A stretch of 64,000 bases of DNA, taken from NCBI GenBank assembly GCA_963664115.2, contig CAXWPJ010000002.1:704001-768000 (forward strand). Reading direction: 5' to 3'. Made by a program: the position numbers and the translations under genes. The notes below the pieces were generated by a model that saw only the letters and a list, made by a program, of their open reading frames with translations, did no database searches and was not told the DNA's origin. The DNA is from Terriglobia bacterium (GTDB lineage Bacteria; Acidobacteriota; Terriglobia; 20CM-2-55-15). Below, one piece after another: positions 63,183 through 64,000 of this stretch (position 1 is the first letter of the stretch; the number at the start of each line of letters is the position of its first letter).

Positions 63183-63317
63183 CCTTTCGGCGACATGTCG
63201 GCAGCATCGCATCGCGCCGCCTCGATTGCGACTCGCCCCACCGCCTCGACTAAGTTGGCGGTTATTGGGGGATGACTCGACGGACTCGGTTGTTTCTGCC
63301 CGTGCCGACTACGAACC

Positions 63318-63797
63318 CTACTGCACTGCGTCAAAGACCAGGACGTTGTTGGTCCCAGTTTCGGTCTGGGTCATTGTCTGGCCGTCTCTGGAGACTGCCA
63401 AGGTGATGCTTCCCCCCGGATTGTCCTCGGGCATGTGCTATATCGTATTCGCATTCGTGGCCCTGAACACCCGCAAGGTGGTCGATTGTGTTCCTCCGGT
63501 CAGAAACTGGGCCAAATTGACCTGTGAGTAGATGGGATAGCCCTCGGCGTCGAGCTTGAAAGCCGTGTGGATAAACCCCGGATTTCCGCTGGGGTCGACA
63601 TATATAAAGGTGAAAACGATGAATCCATCCTCACCTTCCTCGTACCTGTGAACGACACTCCGCAAACCTGGGCCAGGATCAAATGTGGATCGCTCTACAT
63701 TCATCTCCCACGTTCCAATAATCGGATGCGGGGACTGAGCTTGTGCAGCCAGGCAGACGAGTAGCAACAGACCGATGGCAATGAAACTGCGTTTCAT
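63318..63797 (-). pseudogene. Secreted lipocalin-like hypothetical protein with an internal TAG
   Basis: Signal peptide and IGTW..N...S.F. The frame continues past TAG 63438-63440 to VSRDGQTMT...NNVLVFD. Confidence 0.65.
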
Positions 63798-63915
63798 CAA
63801 AACCTCCTCGAAAGGCTTTACGCCGCTTGGATGTTTGGACACGCTGGGTTCTTCTGTACTGCGGCGGGACGGGCAAGTCAAAGGAAAAGCAGCGGACTGA
63901 AGCACGCACGCTCGT

Positions 63916-64000
63916 CTAGGGCACCGGCACCCGTTCCTTCAGTTCTTCAAACCAGTTCAGGACGATGTTGATTCCCTGTTGCGCGGTTTGTTGCACGAGT
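63916..64000 (-). CDS. Kinase C-terminal tail; the gene or stub continues beyond the window
   Basis: ...QQGINIVLNWFEELKERVPVP*. Confidence 0.8.
   Translation of the reverse strand, partial: LVQQTAQQGINIVLNWFEELKERVPVP

Noticed and set aside
40459-63440. TAG recoding suggested by in-frame TAGs at 40459 and 63438
   Set aside because: Many intact genes here end in TAG (e.g. aroG, the symporter), and both cases lie in decaying sequence.
40318-64000. Canonical integron
   Set aside because: No tyrosine integrase in the window, no RYYYAAC/GTTRRRY cores, and cargo lies in both orientations.
40318-64000. Diversity-generating retroelement acting on kinase tails
   Set aside because: No reverse transcriptase is present, and differences between copies are not adenine-specific.

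Overview
Bacterial DNA, probably Acidobacteriota; this is inferred from the DUF6152 modules, the PQQ dehydrogenase with c-type cytochrome and the 'NWFEELKERVP'-type kinase tails. Positions 1-38.4 kb hold metabolic genes (metF 3' end, metH, cimA, aroG, ubiX/ubiD, amidase, M1 and M20 peptidases, a sodium:solute symporter, a PQQ dehydrogenase) and secreted proteins. Three copies of a ~200-bp multi-hairpin element lie there between convergent genes. From 38.4 kb to the end is an accessory array of repeated 'hollowed-out' Ser/Thr kinase genes. Five N-terminal stubs and nine C-terminal tails, all on the minus strand, bracket unrelated cargo genes, and a ~50-bp palindromic repeat (R) marks the unit boundaries. 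One R copy is split by an IS110/IS1111 element. Its downstream non-coding region folds into a two-loop, bridge-RNA-like structure whose guide segments match R and the element's own circle junction. The region also carries IS1380, IS256 and cleanly inserted IS256 fragments. All calls come from reading the sequence by eye; no database searches were run.
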